Origin: an uncultured Cytophagia bacterium
Lineage (GTDB): Bacteria; Zhuqueibacterota; Zhuqueibacteria; Oceanimicrobiales; Oceanimicrobiaceae
Reading direction: 5' to 3'
DNA: 24,517 nucleotides
Assembly: GCA_964419085.1 (NCBI GenBank)
Contig: CAYQOI010000001.1
Span: 1 to 24,517 of the forward strand
Under the pieces are notes generated by a model. It searched no databases and was not told the origin of the DNA. It saw only the letters and a program-made list of their open reading frames with translations. Positions 24,020 to 24,517 of the stretch are shown piece by piece. Both the position numbers and the translations under genes were made by a program. The first letter of the stretch is position 1; each line of letters begins with the position of its first letter.

Positions 24020-24507
24020 AGTCGGGTGGGAACTCCGGGATTCTGTGGGCGCCGTGGAGAATGGAGTACATTCTCAGCGAAAAAGAAAAAGAGTGCATCT
24101 TCTGCAGCAAGACCAGGGAAGATGACGATCGCACGAACCTCATTCTCTTTCGCGGGGAACACAATTTCGTCATCATGAACAAGTACCCCTACAACAACGG
24201 GCATCTGATGGTCGTGCCGTATCGCCACATCTCTGAATTCGAGGAGCTCACCGAGGCGGAGTTCAGCGAAATGACCCGGCTGATCGCAAAATCCATCAAC
24301 GCGCTAAAGGCCGCGTTGCAGCCTGAAGGGTTCAACATCGGGATGAATGTGGGCAAGATCGCGGGGGCGGGCATCGACGACCATCTGCACTTCCACATCG
24401 TCCCCCGCTGGGCCGCGGACACCAACTTCATGCCGGTGGTGGGGCACACAAAAGTCATTTCCGAAGGGCTGTGGGAGACCTGGGACAAGCTGAAGGGGAG
24501 ATATTAA
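24016..24507 (+). CDS. HIT family nucleotide hydrolase/phosphorylase (FHIT or Ap4A phosphorylase-like)
   Basis: LWAPWRMEYI, CIFC, NKYPYNNGHL, GFNIGMN and the histidine triad HLHFHIVPRW. ATGA overlap with the EF-G stop. Confidence 0.9.
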   Translation: MKSGGNSGILWAPWRMEYILSEKEKECIFCSKTREDDDRTNLILFRGEHNFVIMNKYPYNNGHLMVVPYRHISEFEELTEAEFSEMTRLIAKSINALKAALQPEGFNIGMNVGKIAGAGIDDHLHFHIVPRWAADTNFMPVVGHTKVISEGLWETWDKLKGRY

Positions 24508-24517
24508 AGTACAATTG

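Noticed and set aside
1-24517. CRISPR arrays, tRNA/rRNA genes, IS elements and prophage genes
   Set aside because: No regularly spaced repeats, cloverleaf motifs, transposase, integrase or phage structural ORFs were seen on reading either strand.

Overview
This is a gene-dense bacterial chromosomal window, GC-rich in its coding regions. Marker genes are rpsT, guaB, mnmA, a TonB-dependent receptor and a sigma54 activator. The gene set suggests a diderm lineage such as KSB1 or Calditrichota (inference only). Four blocks are visible. (1) iscS-mnmA-thiD-ECF S-component-TonB-dependent receptor (105-5720). (2) A signalling operon: REC-GGDEF, HAMP-PAS histidine kinase, REC-PAS-PAS histidine kinase and an NtrC-family sigma54 activator (6381-12118). 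(3) A seven-gene operon (12400-19281) behind a well-matched sigma54 promoter with palindromic enhancer-like sites and an IHF-like site. It encodes REC-DUF4388, an orphan ParA, a single-domain REC, a lytic transglycosylase, a protein with two His-less Hpt-like domains, an FtsZ that looks like archaeal FtsZ1 and carries a C-terminal His-less Hpt-like domain, and another His-less Hpt-like protein. (4) Housekeeping genes: guaB, rpsT, a STAS anti-anti-sigma factor, an EF-G paralog and a HIT protein. Block 3 is the standout: a candidate signal-controlled accessory cytoskeletal or division module that I do not recognise as a described system. No tRNA, rRNA, CRISPR array or mobile element was seen. 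All family assignments come from motif recognition by eye and recalled consensus sequences, not from database searches.
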